From NCBI GenBank assembly GCA_034667005.1, contig JAXDKU010000023.1, forward strand, positions 5,847 through 69,846: a stretch of 64,000 bases of DNA, given 5' to 3'. How positions within the stretch are numbered: position 1 is the first letter of the stretch; every line of letters begins with the position of its first letter. This DNA comes from Chloroflexota bacterium (GTDB lineage: Bacteria; Chloroflexota; Limnocylindria; Limnocylindrales; CSP1-4). The notes beneath the pieces are model-generated. The model saw nothing but the letters and a program-made list of their open reading frames with translations, searched no databases and was not told the DNA's origin. Below, in pieces: positions 28,253 through 38,990 of the stretch. Made by a program: the position numbers and the translations under genes.

Positions 28253-29098
28253 ATGGGGGCCGTGACGTTGCCGGTCCCACACCTCCGTGCCGAGCGAAGA
28301 CTCTGGAGGAATGGCCGGCTCCGCGTCTGCGGCGTCGACGAGGTCGGAATGGGCGCCCTCTGCGCGCCCGTCGTGGCAGCCGCAGTGCTCGTCAAGCCCA
28401 ACTGTCACAAGATCGAGGGCGTCCGCGATTCCAAGACGCTCTCCGCCAGGCAGCGCGAGCGCGTGGTCGGCCAGATCAAGCGCCGGGTGCTGGCCTGGGG
28501 AGTCGGTGCCGCGTCGGTCGCCGAGATCGAGCGCCTCAACATCTACCACGCGTCCCACCTGGCGATGCGGCGCGCCCTCGCCCGGCTCCCCGACTACGAC
28601 CACGTGCTCGTGGACGGGCGGAAGATCGTCGGGTTCGAGGCCCACGTCGGGCCGTATACCTCCATCGTCGACGGCGACGCGAGCTCGTACGCGATCGCCT
28701 GCGCCTCGATCATCGCCAAGGTGACGCGCGATCGGCTCATGACTCGTCTTGCGGCCCGCTATCCCGGCTACGGCTGGGAGCACAACGCCGGGTACACCAC
28801 TCGGTCGCACGTCGCGGGTCTCCGCGAGCTCGGCCTCACCCCGCATCACCGCAGGACCTACGCGCGCATCCGCGGCATCCTCGAGGGCGACCAGATGGCG
28901 CTCGACCTGCTGGCAGGGGAGGGCGCGCTCGGCGACCAGGACGACGCGCTGGCGGTGGACGGGGTCGATCCCGGCCGCGGCGATCTGGCCCGCGGCGATC
29001 TCGTCGTGTTTACGATCGGCGGGGGTCCTGGTGGCGACGGCGGCCGCGGGGCTGCGCCGGAGGCCGCGAGCGTGGAGCTCGTCCTCGCCCGCGGATGA
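28253..29098 (+). CDS. rnhB: Ribonuclease HII
   Basis: GVDEVGMGALCAPVVAAAV and DSKTLSARQRE. ATG 28253 lies right after the rplS stop (alternative GTG at 28262). About 70 aa of Gly/Asp-rich C-terminal extension. Confidence 0.88.
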   Translation: MGAVTLPVPHLRAERRLWRNGRLRVCGVDEVGMGALCAPVVAAAVLVKPNCHKIEGVRDSKTLSARQRERVVGQIKRRVLAWGVGAASVAEIERLNIYHASHLAMRRALARLPDYDHVLVDGRKIVGFEAHVGPYTSIVDGDASSYAIACASIIAKVTRDRLMTRLAARYPGYGWEHNAGYTTRSHVAGLRELGLTPHHRRTYARIRGILEGDQMALDLLAGEGALGDQDDALAVDGVDPGRGDLARGDLVVFTIGGGPGGDGGRGAAPEAASVELVLARG

Positions 29099-29131
29099 GC
29101 CACCGGTAAGTCCCAGCCAAGCCCGCGTGGA

Positions 29132-29611
29132 GTGGCGGCGCTCATCCTTATGGACGTGGCGAGTCACGTGGTCGGCAGCAGAGTGGCTCGGACCACGCCG
29201 CGGCGCCGGTCCGGAGACCGTGCGGAGCGGCTCGTGGCCAGACACCTGGTCGAGCAGGGCTGGGTGATCCTCGGTTCCAACGTCGCCGTCGGCCGTGACG
29301 AGATCGACCTGGTGGCGGTTGACCCGGTCCCGACACGTGCCCTGGTCTTCGTGGAGGTGCGCAGCAACGTCACCGGCCGCTTCGGTGCGCCGGAGGAATC
29401 CGTCGCCGGACCGAAGCTGCGCCGCGTCTACCGCGCGGCGTTCGGCCTCCTCCGCGCTCGCGCCGCGCCGCGCGGACTGACCCTGCCCGACGGCGTGCTG
29501 CCCGATTTGCCGTGGCGCATCGACGTCGTCCTCGTGGAGCAGGCCCCGTCGCTGGGTCCCGGCCTCGGTGGTCCGGTGGTGCGGCATCTCCGGGGCGTGG
29601 CGCCGGACTGA
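29132..29611 (+). CDS. yraN: YraN family (UPF0102) putative endonuclease
   Basis: [35 protein letters not shown]...LVFVEVRS. An alternative ATG is at 29150. Confidence 0.82.
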   Translation: MAALILMDVASHVVGSRVARTTPRRRSGDRAERLVARHLVEQGWVILGSNVAVGRDEIDLVAVDPVPTRALVFVEVRSNVTGRFGAPEESVAGPKLRRVYRAAFGLLRARAAPRGLTLPDGVLPDLPWRIDVVLVEQAPSLGPGLGGPVVRHLRGVAPD

Positions 29612-29635
29612 CGGCCCGGGCCGAGGGAGAAGCCG

Positions 29636-29644
29636 TGCTAAACT
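29636..29644 (+). promoter_or_regulatory. Candidate extended -10 box (TGcTAAACT) for rpsB
   Basis: TGnTAAACT lies about 160 nt upstream of the rpsB ATG. Confidence 0.35.
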
Positions 29645-29801
29645 CCGCTGCGGCCCGAAGGCCGCAATGAGCGCGGTTTCTGCCGCGCATCTCACACGCG
29701 AGCCGCTCCCCGTGGGGGTGCCTGCCGGCGCAGAACGCATGCCGGCCGGTCCACGGACGTCGAGGCCCGCGGAGGTCCAACCGAACAGGAGCCACAACCC
29801 C

Positions 29802-30704
29802 ATGCCGACCGTTTCGATGCGCCAGCTGCTGGAGGCCGGCGTCCACTTCGGACACCAGACTCGCCGCTGGAACCCCAAGATGCGCCCGTTCATCTTCGCG
29901 GAGCGCAACGGGATCCACATCATCGACCTGGCGCAGACCGTCAAGCGCCTCGATGACGCGCTCGCCTTCGTCGCCGACACCGTCGCCCAGGGCGACAGCG
30001 TCCTCTTCGTCGGCACCAAGAAGCAGGCGCAGGAGCCGATCTCGGAAGAGGCCGTCCGCGCGGAGATGCCCTACGTCAACCAGCGCTGGCTGGGCGGCAT
30101 GCTCACCAACTTCGTGACCATCAAGAAGCGCCTCGGGCTGCTCGAGCAGCTGGAGGCCCGCCAGCTCAACGGCGAGTTCGAGCGGCTCAGCAAGAAGGAA
30201 GCCTCCCGCCTGACCGACCAGCTGGCAAAGCTCCAGCGGACGCTGGGCGGCGTGCGCAAGATGAAGCGCCTGCCGGGCGCCCTCTTCGTGATCGACCCGC
30301 ACCGCGAGCACATCGCGGTGACCGAGGCCCGAAAGCTGGAGATCCCGGTGATCGGGACCGGCGACACGAACGTGGACCCGGACCAGCTCGACTACATCAT
30401 TCCGGCCAACGACGACGCGATCCGCGCGATCCGGCTCCTGTGCCGGCTGGTCTCGGACGCCGCCATCGAGGGCGTCGGGCAGCGCGCCACTCGTGCCGCT
30501 TCCGAGCCGATGGTGGAGATGGAGGTCGGCGAGGCCGAGCAGGCCAGCGACGAGATGATGGCCGCGCTCTCCGCCGGCGGAACGTTCAGCTTCACGCCGG
30601 ACGAAGACGAGGAGGAGAGCATCCTCCCCGGCGAGCGCAACCTCGAAGAGGAGGCCTCCGAAGAGGATCTCGCAGCGGCCGCAGCGGCAGCCGCCCAACC
30701 CTAG
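29802..30704 (+). CDS. rpsB: 30S ribosomal protein S2
   Basis: [27 protein letters not shown]. Shine-Dalgarno AGGAG at 29787-29791. The track's upstream 78 codons are Arg/Pro junk. Acidic C-terminal tail. Confidence 0.94.
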   Translation: MPTVSMRQLLEAGVHFGHQTRRWNPKMRPFIFAERNGIHIIDLAQTVKRLDDALAFVADTVAQGDSVLFVGTKKQAQEPISEEAVRAEMPYVNQRWLGGMLTNFVTIKKRLGLLEQLEARQLNGEFERLSKKEASRLTDQLAKLQRTLGGVRKMKRLPGALFVIDPHREHIAVTEARKLEIPVIGTGDTNVDPDQLDYIIPANDDAIRAIRLLCRLVSDAAIEGVGQRATRAASEPMVEMEVGEAEQASDEMMAALSAGGTFSFTPDEDEEESILPGERNLEEEASEEDLAAAAAAAAQP

Positions 30705-30762
30705 AACCCAGACCGGCGTCACCGCGACGCACGCACGATCAGACGAAGGGATCCCGCCACTC

Positions 30763-31368
30763 ATGACTGACATCGCAATCAAGCCAGAGCTCGTCAAGGA
30801 GCTCCGAGAGCGCACCGGTGCGGGCTTCATGGACTGCAAGCGCGCCCTGGAGGAGACCGGCGGCGACCTCGAGAAGGCCGTCGGGCTGCTGCGCGAGCGC
30901 GGCGTGGCCGCCGCGGCGAAGAAGGCCGGCCGAGATGCCCGCGAGGGCCTCATCGGGTCCTACGTCCACGCGGGTGGACGGATCGGCGTCCTCATCGAGG
31001 TCAACTGCGAGACCGACTTCGTCGCGCGCAACGAGCAGTTCCAGAAGCTCGTCCGCGACCTCGCCATGCAGGTCGCAGGGTTGGCCCCGACCTACCCCAC
31101 GGTCGAGTCGATCCCGGCAGACGTTCTCGAGACGAAGCGGGCCGAGCTCGCGGCCGACGAGAACGTGCAGAAGAAGCCCGAGGCGATCCGCGGCCAGATC
31201 GTGGAAGGCCAGCTCAAGAAGTGGTTCCAGCAGGCCGTGCTCTACGAGCAGCCCTTCCGCGACACCGACCAGACGGTGGGCCAGCTGATCACGGATGCCA
31301 TCGCCACGATCGGCGAGAACATCCGCGTCCGCCGGTTCACCCGCTTCGAGCTCGGGGAGGAGATGTGA
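30763..31368 (+). CDS. tsf: Elongation factor Ts
   Basis: [32 protein letters not shown] (UBA-like N-terminus). rpsB-tsf synteny. Confidence 0.94.
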   Translation: MTDIAIKPELVKELRERTGAGFMDCKRALEETGGDLEKAVGLLRERGVAAAAKKAGRDAREGLIGSYVHAGGRIGVLIEVNCETDFVARNEQFQKLVRDLAMQVAGLAPTYPTVESIPADVLETKRAELAADENVQKKPEAIRGQIVEGQLKKWFQQAVLYEQPFRDTDQTVGQLITDAIATIGENIRVRRFTRFELGEEM

Positions 31369-32156
31369 CCGACGCCGCGACGGTCGACGAGGCCGTCGAG
31401 GAGACGGTCCCCGCCGGCAAGCCTGAGCCGGGGCGCTACCCGTTCTCGCGGATCGTGCTGAAGATCTCCGGGGAGGCGCTCCTCGGGGGGCGGCAGTACG
31501 GCGTCGACCCCGGCGTCTGCATCTTCATCGCCAACCAGGTGCGCGCGGTCGTGCGTGAAGGCGTGGAGGTGGCCATCGTCGTCGGTGGCGGCAACATCTT
31601 CCGCGGCCTCGCGGCGTCCGCTCGCGGCATGGACCGGGCCACGGGCGATTACATGGGCATGCTCGCCACGGTGATGAACGGCCTGGCGCTCCAGGACGCG
31701 CTCGAGAAGGCCGGTGTGCCGACCCGCGTGATGAGCGCGATCGGGATGAACGAGGTCGCCGAGCCGTACATCCGGCGGCGCGCGATGCGGCACCTGGAGA
31801 AGGGCCGCGTCGTCATCCTCGCCGCCGGCACGGGCAATCCCTACTTCACGACCGACACTGCGGCCGCGTTGCGCGCCGTGGAGATCGGCGCGACCGTCAT
31901 GCTCAAGGCGACCAAGGTCGACGGCGTCTACACGGCCGACCCGGCCCTGGATCCCGACGCGCGGCGCCACGAGGAGCTCACCTACTCGCAGGTCCTGGCG
32001 GATCGCCTGGGTGTGCTCGACTCGACCGCGGTGACGCTGTGCATGGAGAATGACCTGCCGATCATCGTGTTCGACATGAACGAGCCGGACAACATCCGGC
32101 GCGCGGCGCTGGGGGAGCCGATCGGGACACGCATCCACGGAGGCGAGCCGGCATGA
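31365..32156 (+). CDS. pyrH: UMP kinase
   Basis: GTG 31365 overlaps the tsf stop (GTGA) and follows [20 protein letters not shown] and [10 protein letters not shown] motifs. Confidence 0.92.
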   Translation: MTDAATVDEAVEETVPAGKPEPGRYPFSRIVLKISGEALLGGRQYGVDPGVCIFIANQVRAVVREGVEVAIVVGGGNIFRGLAASARGMDRATGDYMGMLATVMNGLALQDALEKAGVPTRVMSAIGMNEVAEPYIRRRAMRHLEKGRVVILAAGTGNPYFTTDTAAALRAVEIGATVMLKATKVDGVYTADPALDPDARRHEELTYSQVLADRLGVLDSTAVTLCMENDLPIIVFDMNEPDNIRRAALGEPIGTRIHGGEPA

Positions 32157-32707
32157 CCGACCAGACGCGAGCGCTCGAGGGGCGGATGTCCAAGGCGGTC
32201 GAGGCCATGAGCCGGGACTTCCAGGCGGTGCGCACCGGTCGGGCCTCGACGTCGCTCGTCGAGCGCATCCTGGTCGAGTATTACGGCACGGCCACGCCGC
32301 TGAACCAGCTGGCCAGCATCAGCGTCCCCGAGGCGCATCAGATCGTGATCCAGCCCTGGGACCGGGGCGTGCTCGGCGCGATCGAGAAGGCCATCCAGAA
32401 GAGCGACATCGGCCTGATGCCCAACGTGGATGGGACCGTTGTCCGGCTGAACATCCCGCAGCTGACCGAGGATCGTCGCAAAGACCTGGTCAAGGTCGTC
32501 CACAAGCGCATGGAAGAGGCGCGCGTCGAGATCCGCAACCATCGTCGCGAGGGCTTCGACGACCTGAAGCGCCAGGAGCGCGACGGTGAGATCGGCAGCG
32601 ACGAGGCCCACCGCGAGCAGGAGCGCATCGAGAAGCTGACGCACCAGTGGATCGAGGAGGTCGATCGCGTCGGCAAGCTCAAGGAACAGGAGATCCTGGA
32701 GGTCTAG
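32153..32707 (+). CDS. frr: Ribosome recycling factor
   Basis: Full-length RRF-like sequence ([20 protein letters not shown]...[16 protein letters not shown]). Confidence 0.94.
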   Translation: MTDQTRALEGRMSKAVEAMSRDFQAVRTGRASTSLVERILVEYYGTATPLNQLASISVPEAHQIVIQPWDRGVLGAIEKAIQKSDIGLMPNVDGTVVRLNIPQLTEDRRKDLVKVVHKRMEEARVEIRNHRREGFDDLKRQERDGEIGSDEAHREQERIEKLTHQWIEEVDRVGKLKEQEILEV

Positions 32708-33496
32708 GTGTCCTCACCGTCGCAGGGCAGCTCCGCCGTCGCGGTGCCCGAGATGCCGGATCCCGCGCTGTTCGACGACCCCGCCGCGGACACGGACGCC
32801 TCCGCGCCCCGGGAGGCCGTCCCCCGCCACGTCGCGATCATCATGGACGGCAATCGCCGCTGGGCCCGAGAGCGCGGCGCGTCCGAGGCGATCGGTCACG
32901 CGGAGGGGCTGAAGCGCGTCCGGCCGATCGTGGAGCACTCCGCCGTCCGGGGGCTCGAGAGCCTCTCCCTCTACGCCTTCAGCCGCGAGAACTGGCGGCG
33001 AGCCCAGGCCGAGGTTGACCACATCATGGAGCTCCTCGGGGAGGCGATCCGCGACGAGGTCCCCGACCTGGTCAAGCAGAGCGTCCGGCTTCGCTTCGTC
33101 GGCCGGCGGCAGGAGCTGACGCCCGAGGTGCTCGAGCAGATCACGTCCGCCGAGGAGGCAACGTCGGGCGGGACGCGGATGATCCTGAACGTGGCGTTCA
33201 ACTACTCGGGCCGCGAGGAGATCATCGACGCGTTCCGGGCGTGCCTCGCTGCGGGCTTTGCTCCCGCAGACATCGACGAGCGGCTCGTGAGCCGCCACGT
33301 CTATACGGCCGGTCAGGCGGACCCGGACCTGGTCATCCGTACGGGCGGCGATCAGCGCGTCAGCAACTTCCTGCTCTGGCAGGCCGCGTACGCCGAGTTC
33401 TACACGACCGAGACGCTCTGGCCCGACTTCTATCCGGAGTCGCTGGACCAGGCGATCGAGGAATACCAGCGCCGCGCCCGGCGCTTTGGCCGGTAG
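32708..33496 (+). CDS. uppS: Undecaprenyl diphosphate synthase
   Basis: HVAIIMDGNRRWA, YAFSRENWRR, IRTGGDQRVSNFLLWQAAYAEFY. Confidence 0.93.
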   Translation: MSSPSQGSSAVAVPEMPDPALFDDPAADTDASAPREAVPRHVAIIMDGNRRWARERGASEAIGHAEGLKRVRPIVEHSAVRGLESLSLYAFSRENWRRAQAEVDHIMELLGEAIRDEVPDLVKQSVRLRFVGRRQELTPEVLEQITSAEEATSGGTRMILNVAFNYSGREEIIDAFRACLAAGFAPADIDERLVSRHVYTAGQADPDLVIRTGGDQRVSNFLLWQAAYAEFYTTETLWPDFYPESLDQAIEEYQRRARRFGR

Positions 33497-33544
33497 GGTG
33501 AGCTCGCGCGCTGCCGGAACGCAGCCTTCCGTGCGTTCCTGCAA

Positions 33545-34231
33545 ATGAACGTGGACCAGGACGTTCTGTTGAGCGCCCTGGCCGAATACCGATCCCTGGC
33601 CGCCGACCGGAGGTCGCTCGTCCAGGCCTCGCTGGCCGTCGGCGGCATCGTCGCGGCCGGCGTCGCGATCCTCGTCTCGAACCTGGACGCAGACACGTTC
33701 GGCGCCTTCGTCATCGCGCCGCTCGCTCTCGGGTCGGCCACGTACGTCGCCCTCGTCCGCTACCTGGTGAGACGGCTGTCGGCACGCATGGAATTCATCG
33801 AGAACAGACTGGGCGATCTCGCCGGGTCGAGGCTGCTCGGGCTGCCGGACCGCCCGAAGACGCTGGGTCGCGGCAGCCAGGGTGTCGGACGCTTCTACTA
33901 CGTGATCTGGCTGCTCTGCGCGGGCCCCGGAACCCTGGTCGGGCTGGTGCTCGGCGGCACGAGCAAGCCACTCCAGGCCCAGACGCTGCAGGCGCAGTGG
34001 TTCCTGCTGGGGACCTACCTCGGCATCTGCCTGATCCTCGGCGCAGCGTCGTTGCTGTTCTGGCTGGATCGAGGCTTCAGCGGCTTCACGAGATCGCTGG
34101 AGCGGCCGCCGGACAAGCCCCCTTCCCCGGGACCGTCGGGCGGCGGGCCTCCTTCCCCGACGGCGGCGACCGCTCCGACCGCTCCGACGGCGCCGAGCAT
34201 GAGTGACGACGGGCTCGAGGAGTCAGACTGA
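33545..34231 (+). CDS. Hypothetical membrane protein (about 4 TM helices, Pro-rich C-terminus)
   Basis: Hydrophobic segments (SLAVGGIVAAGVAILV, FVIAPLALGSATYVALV, FYYVIWLLCAGPGTLVGLVLGG, WFLLGTYLGICLILGAASLLFWL). The tail reads PPDKPPSPGPSGGGPPSPTAATAPTAPTAPS. Confidence 0.55.
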   Translation: MNVDQDVLLSALAEYRSLAADRRSLVQASLAVGGIVAAGVAILVSNLDADTFGAFVIAPLALGSATYVALVRYLVRRLSARMEFIENRLGDLAGSRLLGLPDRPKTLGRGSQGVGRFYYVIWLLCAGPGTLVGLVLGGTSKPLQAQTLQAQWFLLGTYLGICLILGAASLLFWLDRGFSGFTRSLERPPDKPPSPGPSGGGPPSPTAATAPTAPTAPSMSDDGLEESD

Positions 34232-34292
34232 GACCCCACACGGGGAAATCGACCGAGACGCACGGGGGCCGTCGAACCAGGGAGGGTCGTGG

Positions 34293-35147
34293 GTGTTCCG
34301 CACCAGGGTGATCAGCGCGGCGGTGCTGGTCCCGGTGGTTGCCATCGCGTTCCTGGCCGGGAACCCGTGGCTGACGATCGGGGTCGCGGCGCTGACGCTG
34401 GTGGCGGCGATCGAGGGCGCGTCGCTGATCCGCCGCGCGGGGCTGCCCGCGGACCCCGGCATCCCCATCCTGCTCGCCCCGCTGGCCGTGCTGGGCACGT
34501 TGACCGACTGGACCCTCGCCGGCGCGCTGGCGTTCGACGTCGCGGTGATCGTGCTGGCGGCCGTGGCGGCGTTCCGGCACCGCGAGGCGCGCGCCGCATT
34601 CCTCGGCTGGGTCGGTGGCTCGTTCGGCGCGATCTACGTGAGCTTGCTCGCGTTCGTGCCGCTGGCCATGCTGGCGGCCCCGGCCGTGCCCAGGACGTCG
34701 CCGCTCCACGGGGTCCTCGATGCGGGCCGCATCTGGGTGCTGATCCTGGTGCTGACCGTCTGGGCGTGTGACACCTTTGCGTACCTCGTCGGGCGCCGGT
34801 ACCCCCGCGGCCGGATGCTGCCGCATCTCTCGCCGAACAAGACGTGGAGCGGCGGGATCGGCGGCACGGTTGCCGCGATGATCGCGTGCGGCGTGCTGGC
34901 CACGGTCCTCGCGGGGGCGCATCCCATCGTCGCCGCCCTGCTCGGCGGCTTCATCGCGATCGCGGCCCAGGCCGGTGACGCGTCGGAATCGCTGCTGAAG
35001 CGCGCGGCCGGCGCCAAGGATTCGGGCCGTGCCATTCCGGGCCACGGCGGCATCCTGGATCGCGTCGATTCGTTCCTGTTCGCGGCGCCGGCGCTCTACG
35101 TGGTCCTGGTCATGGCCCCAGACCTGCTCGTGGCCGGCGCCGGTTGA
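34293..35147 (+). CDS. cdsA: Phosphatidate cytidylyltransferase
   Basis: GTG 34293 follows GGGAGGG by 7 nt. SPNKTWSGGIGG and GHGGILDRVDS motifs. Confidence 0.9.
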   Translation: MFRTRVISAAVLVPVVAIAFLAGNPWLTIGVAALTLVAAIEGASLIRRAGLPADPGIPILLAPLAVLGTLTDWTLAGALAFDVAVIVLAAVAAFRHREARAAFLGWVGGSFGAIYVSLLAFVPLAMLAAPAVPRTSPLHGVLDAGRIWVLILVLTVWACDTFAYLVGRRYPRGRMLPHLSPNKTWSGGIGGTVAAMIACGVLATVLAGAHPIVAALLGGFIAIAAQAGDASESLLKRAAGAKDSGRAIPGHGGILDRVDSFLFAAPALYVVLVMAPDLLVAGAG

Positions 35148-36412
35148 GGCCAGCGGGAGCGCCGATCCGGGTCGCGCTGCTCGGCTCGACCGGGTCGATC
35201 GGGCGCCAGGCGCTGGACGTCTTCGCGGCCGCGGGGCCGGCGGAGTTCGAGGTCGTGGCGCTGGCCGCCGGCCGCGACGTCGCGACGTTCCAGGCGCAGC
35301 TCGCCGATCTCCGACCGCGGGCAGCCGCGCTTGCGGACCGCGACGCAGCCGCGACCCTGGACGTCCCGAACGGCACGCACCTCCTGTCGTCGGAGGATGC
35401 GCTGGAGCAGCTCGCCACGCGGGACGACGTCGACCTCGTGGTGGTCGCGACCGGCGGCATCGTCAGCCTCCGGCCGGTGCTCGCGGCGCTCCGGGCCGGC
35501 ATCCCGGTCGCCACCGCGAACAAGGAGACGCTCGTTGCCGGCGGGCACCTCGTCATGCCGCTGGCACGCGACCTGGCGGAACGGCACGGCGGCCCGGCAG
35601 CCGAGGGCGGGGATGGTTCCGGGCTTCCCCAGCGCGTCCCGCGGCCGGGTGATCACTGGGCCAGCCCGCTCGCCTGGCTGCGGCCGATCGATTCCGAGCA
35701 TTCGGCCATCTGGCAGTGCCTCGCGGGCGAACGGATGGGTGACGTGCAGCGCCTGATCCTCACCGCGTCGGGCGGCCCGTTCCGCACCTGGCCCGCGGAA
35801 CGCCTCCGCGCCGCGACGCCGAACGAGGCGCTGGCACACCCGAATTGGTCGATGGGTTCAAAGATCAGCATCGATTCCGCATCGCTCATGAACAAGGGCC
35901 TGGAGGTCATCGAGGCACGCTGGCTGTACGATCTTCCGTACGACCGAATCGACGTGATCGTCCACCCCGAGAGCCTGGTCCACTCGTTCGTCGAGTTCGT
36001 CGACGGCTCTCTCAAAGCTCAGCTCGGACTTCCTGACATGCGCATTCCCATCCAGTACGCCGTGTCGTACCCGCGGCGCGTCCGCGGCCCGGCGCCTCGC
36101 CTCGATCTCCTGCGGCACGATCGTTTCACGTTCGCGGCCGTCGACGAGCGGCGCTTTCCCGCGCTGCGCATCGCGCGGGCGGCGGGCGCCGCCGGCCCTC
36201 GTGCCACCGCCACGCTGATCGCCGTCGACGAGGTTGCCGTGCGGCGGTTCCTGGAAGGCACCCTCGCCTTCACCGAGATCGCCGAGCTTGCCGAGGACGC
36301 CGTGGAGCGCTTCGGGGACGGGCCCGCGCCCGCTCTCGAGGAGCTGATCGAGCTCGACGGCGAGGTCCGCGGCTGGGCAGCGGACGCCGCCCCGTCCGGC
36401 CGGGGAGACTGA
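35144..36412 (+). CDS. dxr: 1-deoxy-D-xylulose 5-phosphate reductoisomerase
   Basis: LLGSTGSIGRQALDV, ANKETLV, DSEHSAIWQCL, HPNWSMGSKISIDSASLMNKGLEVIEA. TTG start overlaps the cdsA stop. Confidence 0.93.
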   Translation: MRPAGAPIRVALLGSTGSIGRQALDVFAAAGPAEFEVVALAAGRDVATFQAQLADLRPRAAALADRDAAATLDVPNGTHLLSSEDALEQLATRDDVDLVVVATGGIVSLRPVLAALRAGIPVATANKETLVAGGHLVMPLARDLAERHGGPAAEGGDGSGLPQRVPRPGDHWASPLAWLRPIDSEHSAIWQCLAGERMGDVQRLILTASGGPFRTWPAERLRAATPNEALAHPNWSMGSKISIDSASLMNKGLEVIEARWLYDLPYDRIDVIVHPESLVHSFVEFVDGSLKAQLGLPDMRIPIQYAVSYPRRVRGPAPRLDLLRHDRFTFAAVDERRFPALRIARAAGAAGPRATATLIAVDEVAVRRFLEGTLAFTEIAELAEDAVERFGDGPAPALEELIELDGEVRGWAADAAPSGRGD

Positions 36413-36413
36413 C

Positions 36414-37543
36414 GTGCTGAGCAGCATCTTCGACAGCGCGTTCACCATCGTGCTGGTCCTCGCCATCCTCGTGGTGCTGGTGGTCATCCACGAGCTGGGG
36501 CACTTCGTCGTCGCGCGCCGAGCGGGCGTCCGCGTCCACGAGTTCGGCATCGGCTTTCCGCCGCGCGCCAAGATCATCGGCCGCGACAAGGAGACGATCT
36601 ACACCCTGAACTGGCTCCCCCTCGGCGGCTTCGTGCGCCTGGAAGGGGAGGAGGGCGACTCGGACGATCCGCGCGCCTTCGTCAATCAGAAGCTGCGCAC
36701 GCGCCTGGCGATCCTCTTCGCGGGCGTCGGCATGAACATCCTGCTGGCGTGGCTGATCTTCACGCTTATTGCCGGCTTCGCCGACCCGGTCACCACCGTC
36801 CAGCTCGGCTGCGTCCAGCCTGGATCGCCCGCGGCCCAGATCGGGCTCGTGGGAGGACGCGTCATCTCCACCGACGCCAACGGTGTCTCGATCTGCGAGA
36901 CCGATGGCGACACGATCCTGGCCATCGACGGCAAGCGCTTCCCCACCTTCGACGACACCGAGGGTGACGCGCCCCTCGGCGCGCTCCGGGCCGCCGCGGG
37001 CAGCAGCGTGGTCCTCACCGTCCGCCATCGTGACGGCAGCGTGGAGGACAAGACGGTCACCCTGCGCGTCCCGACGCCGACCGAGGGAGCCCTGGGGATC
37101 AGCAGCTTTGCGCTGCCGCGCTCGGAGAGCATCCAGCACGATCCGATCGAGGCCATCGCGATCGGCGCCCGCCGGACGGTCGGGGCCTCGACGCTGATCC
37201 TCAAGAGCCTTGGCGACCTGGTCACGAACGCGGCGAACCTCACCAACCCGCCCGTGTCGGGTCCGATCGGAATCGTCAACGCGGTGGGCGTCGTTCGGAC
37301 GGAGCTCCCGCCCGTGTTCATGCTCTGGCTCATCGGCCTGCTGTCCGCCAACCTGGCCGTGGTGAACGTGCTGCCGCTGCCACCGCTCGACGGCGGCCGG
37401 ATTTTCATCTCGATCCTCCAGGCACTCACGCGCAACCGCCTCAACCCGGCCTTCGAGCGTGCCGTGTACCTGGTGGGGTTCCTGGCCCTGATGGGGTTCC
37501 TCGTCTGGATCAGCTACTTCGACATCCAGCGACTGGGCAGCGG

Positions 37544-37547
<4 letters not shown>
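36414..37547 (+). CDS. rseP: Site-2 (M50) zinc metalloprotease RseP
   Basis: [10 protein letters not shown] (HExxH), [11 protein letters not shown], multiple TM segments. Confidence 0.9.
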
Positions 37548-38872
<1,325 letters not shown>

Positions 38873-38899
38873 ATGACGATTGACCCACCGAAGGTCCGG

Positions 38900-38927
38900 T
38901 TGACTTCGGTGCGGGCGCGGCCATAGT
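38900..38927 (+). promoter_or_regulatory. Candidate sigma70-like promoter (TTGACT-N16-CATAGT)
   Basis: Hexamers at 38900-38905 and 38922-38927, about 60 nt upstream of TTG 38991. Confidence 0.3.
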
Positions 38928-38990
38928 CGGGGGCACGGGCCCCGCCGCTGAAAGTCTTGGCATCGACGCTCGACCCTTACAGGTGTCGCT

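Noticed and set aside
29568-29801. Upstream extensions of real genes in the ORF track (rpsB from 29568, smc from 16630, pyrH from 31221, nrnA from 49389, rnhB from 28046, rpsO from 62548, the lipoprotein from 43416, cdsA from 34203, the REC gene from 56250)
   Set aside because: The extensions are Arg/Pro-rich and overlap the preceding gene. They are superseded by starts with a Shine-Dalgarno sequence or a stop/start overlap immediately before the conserved N-terminus.
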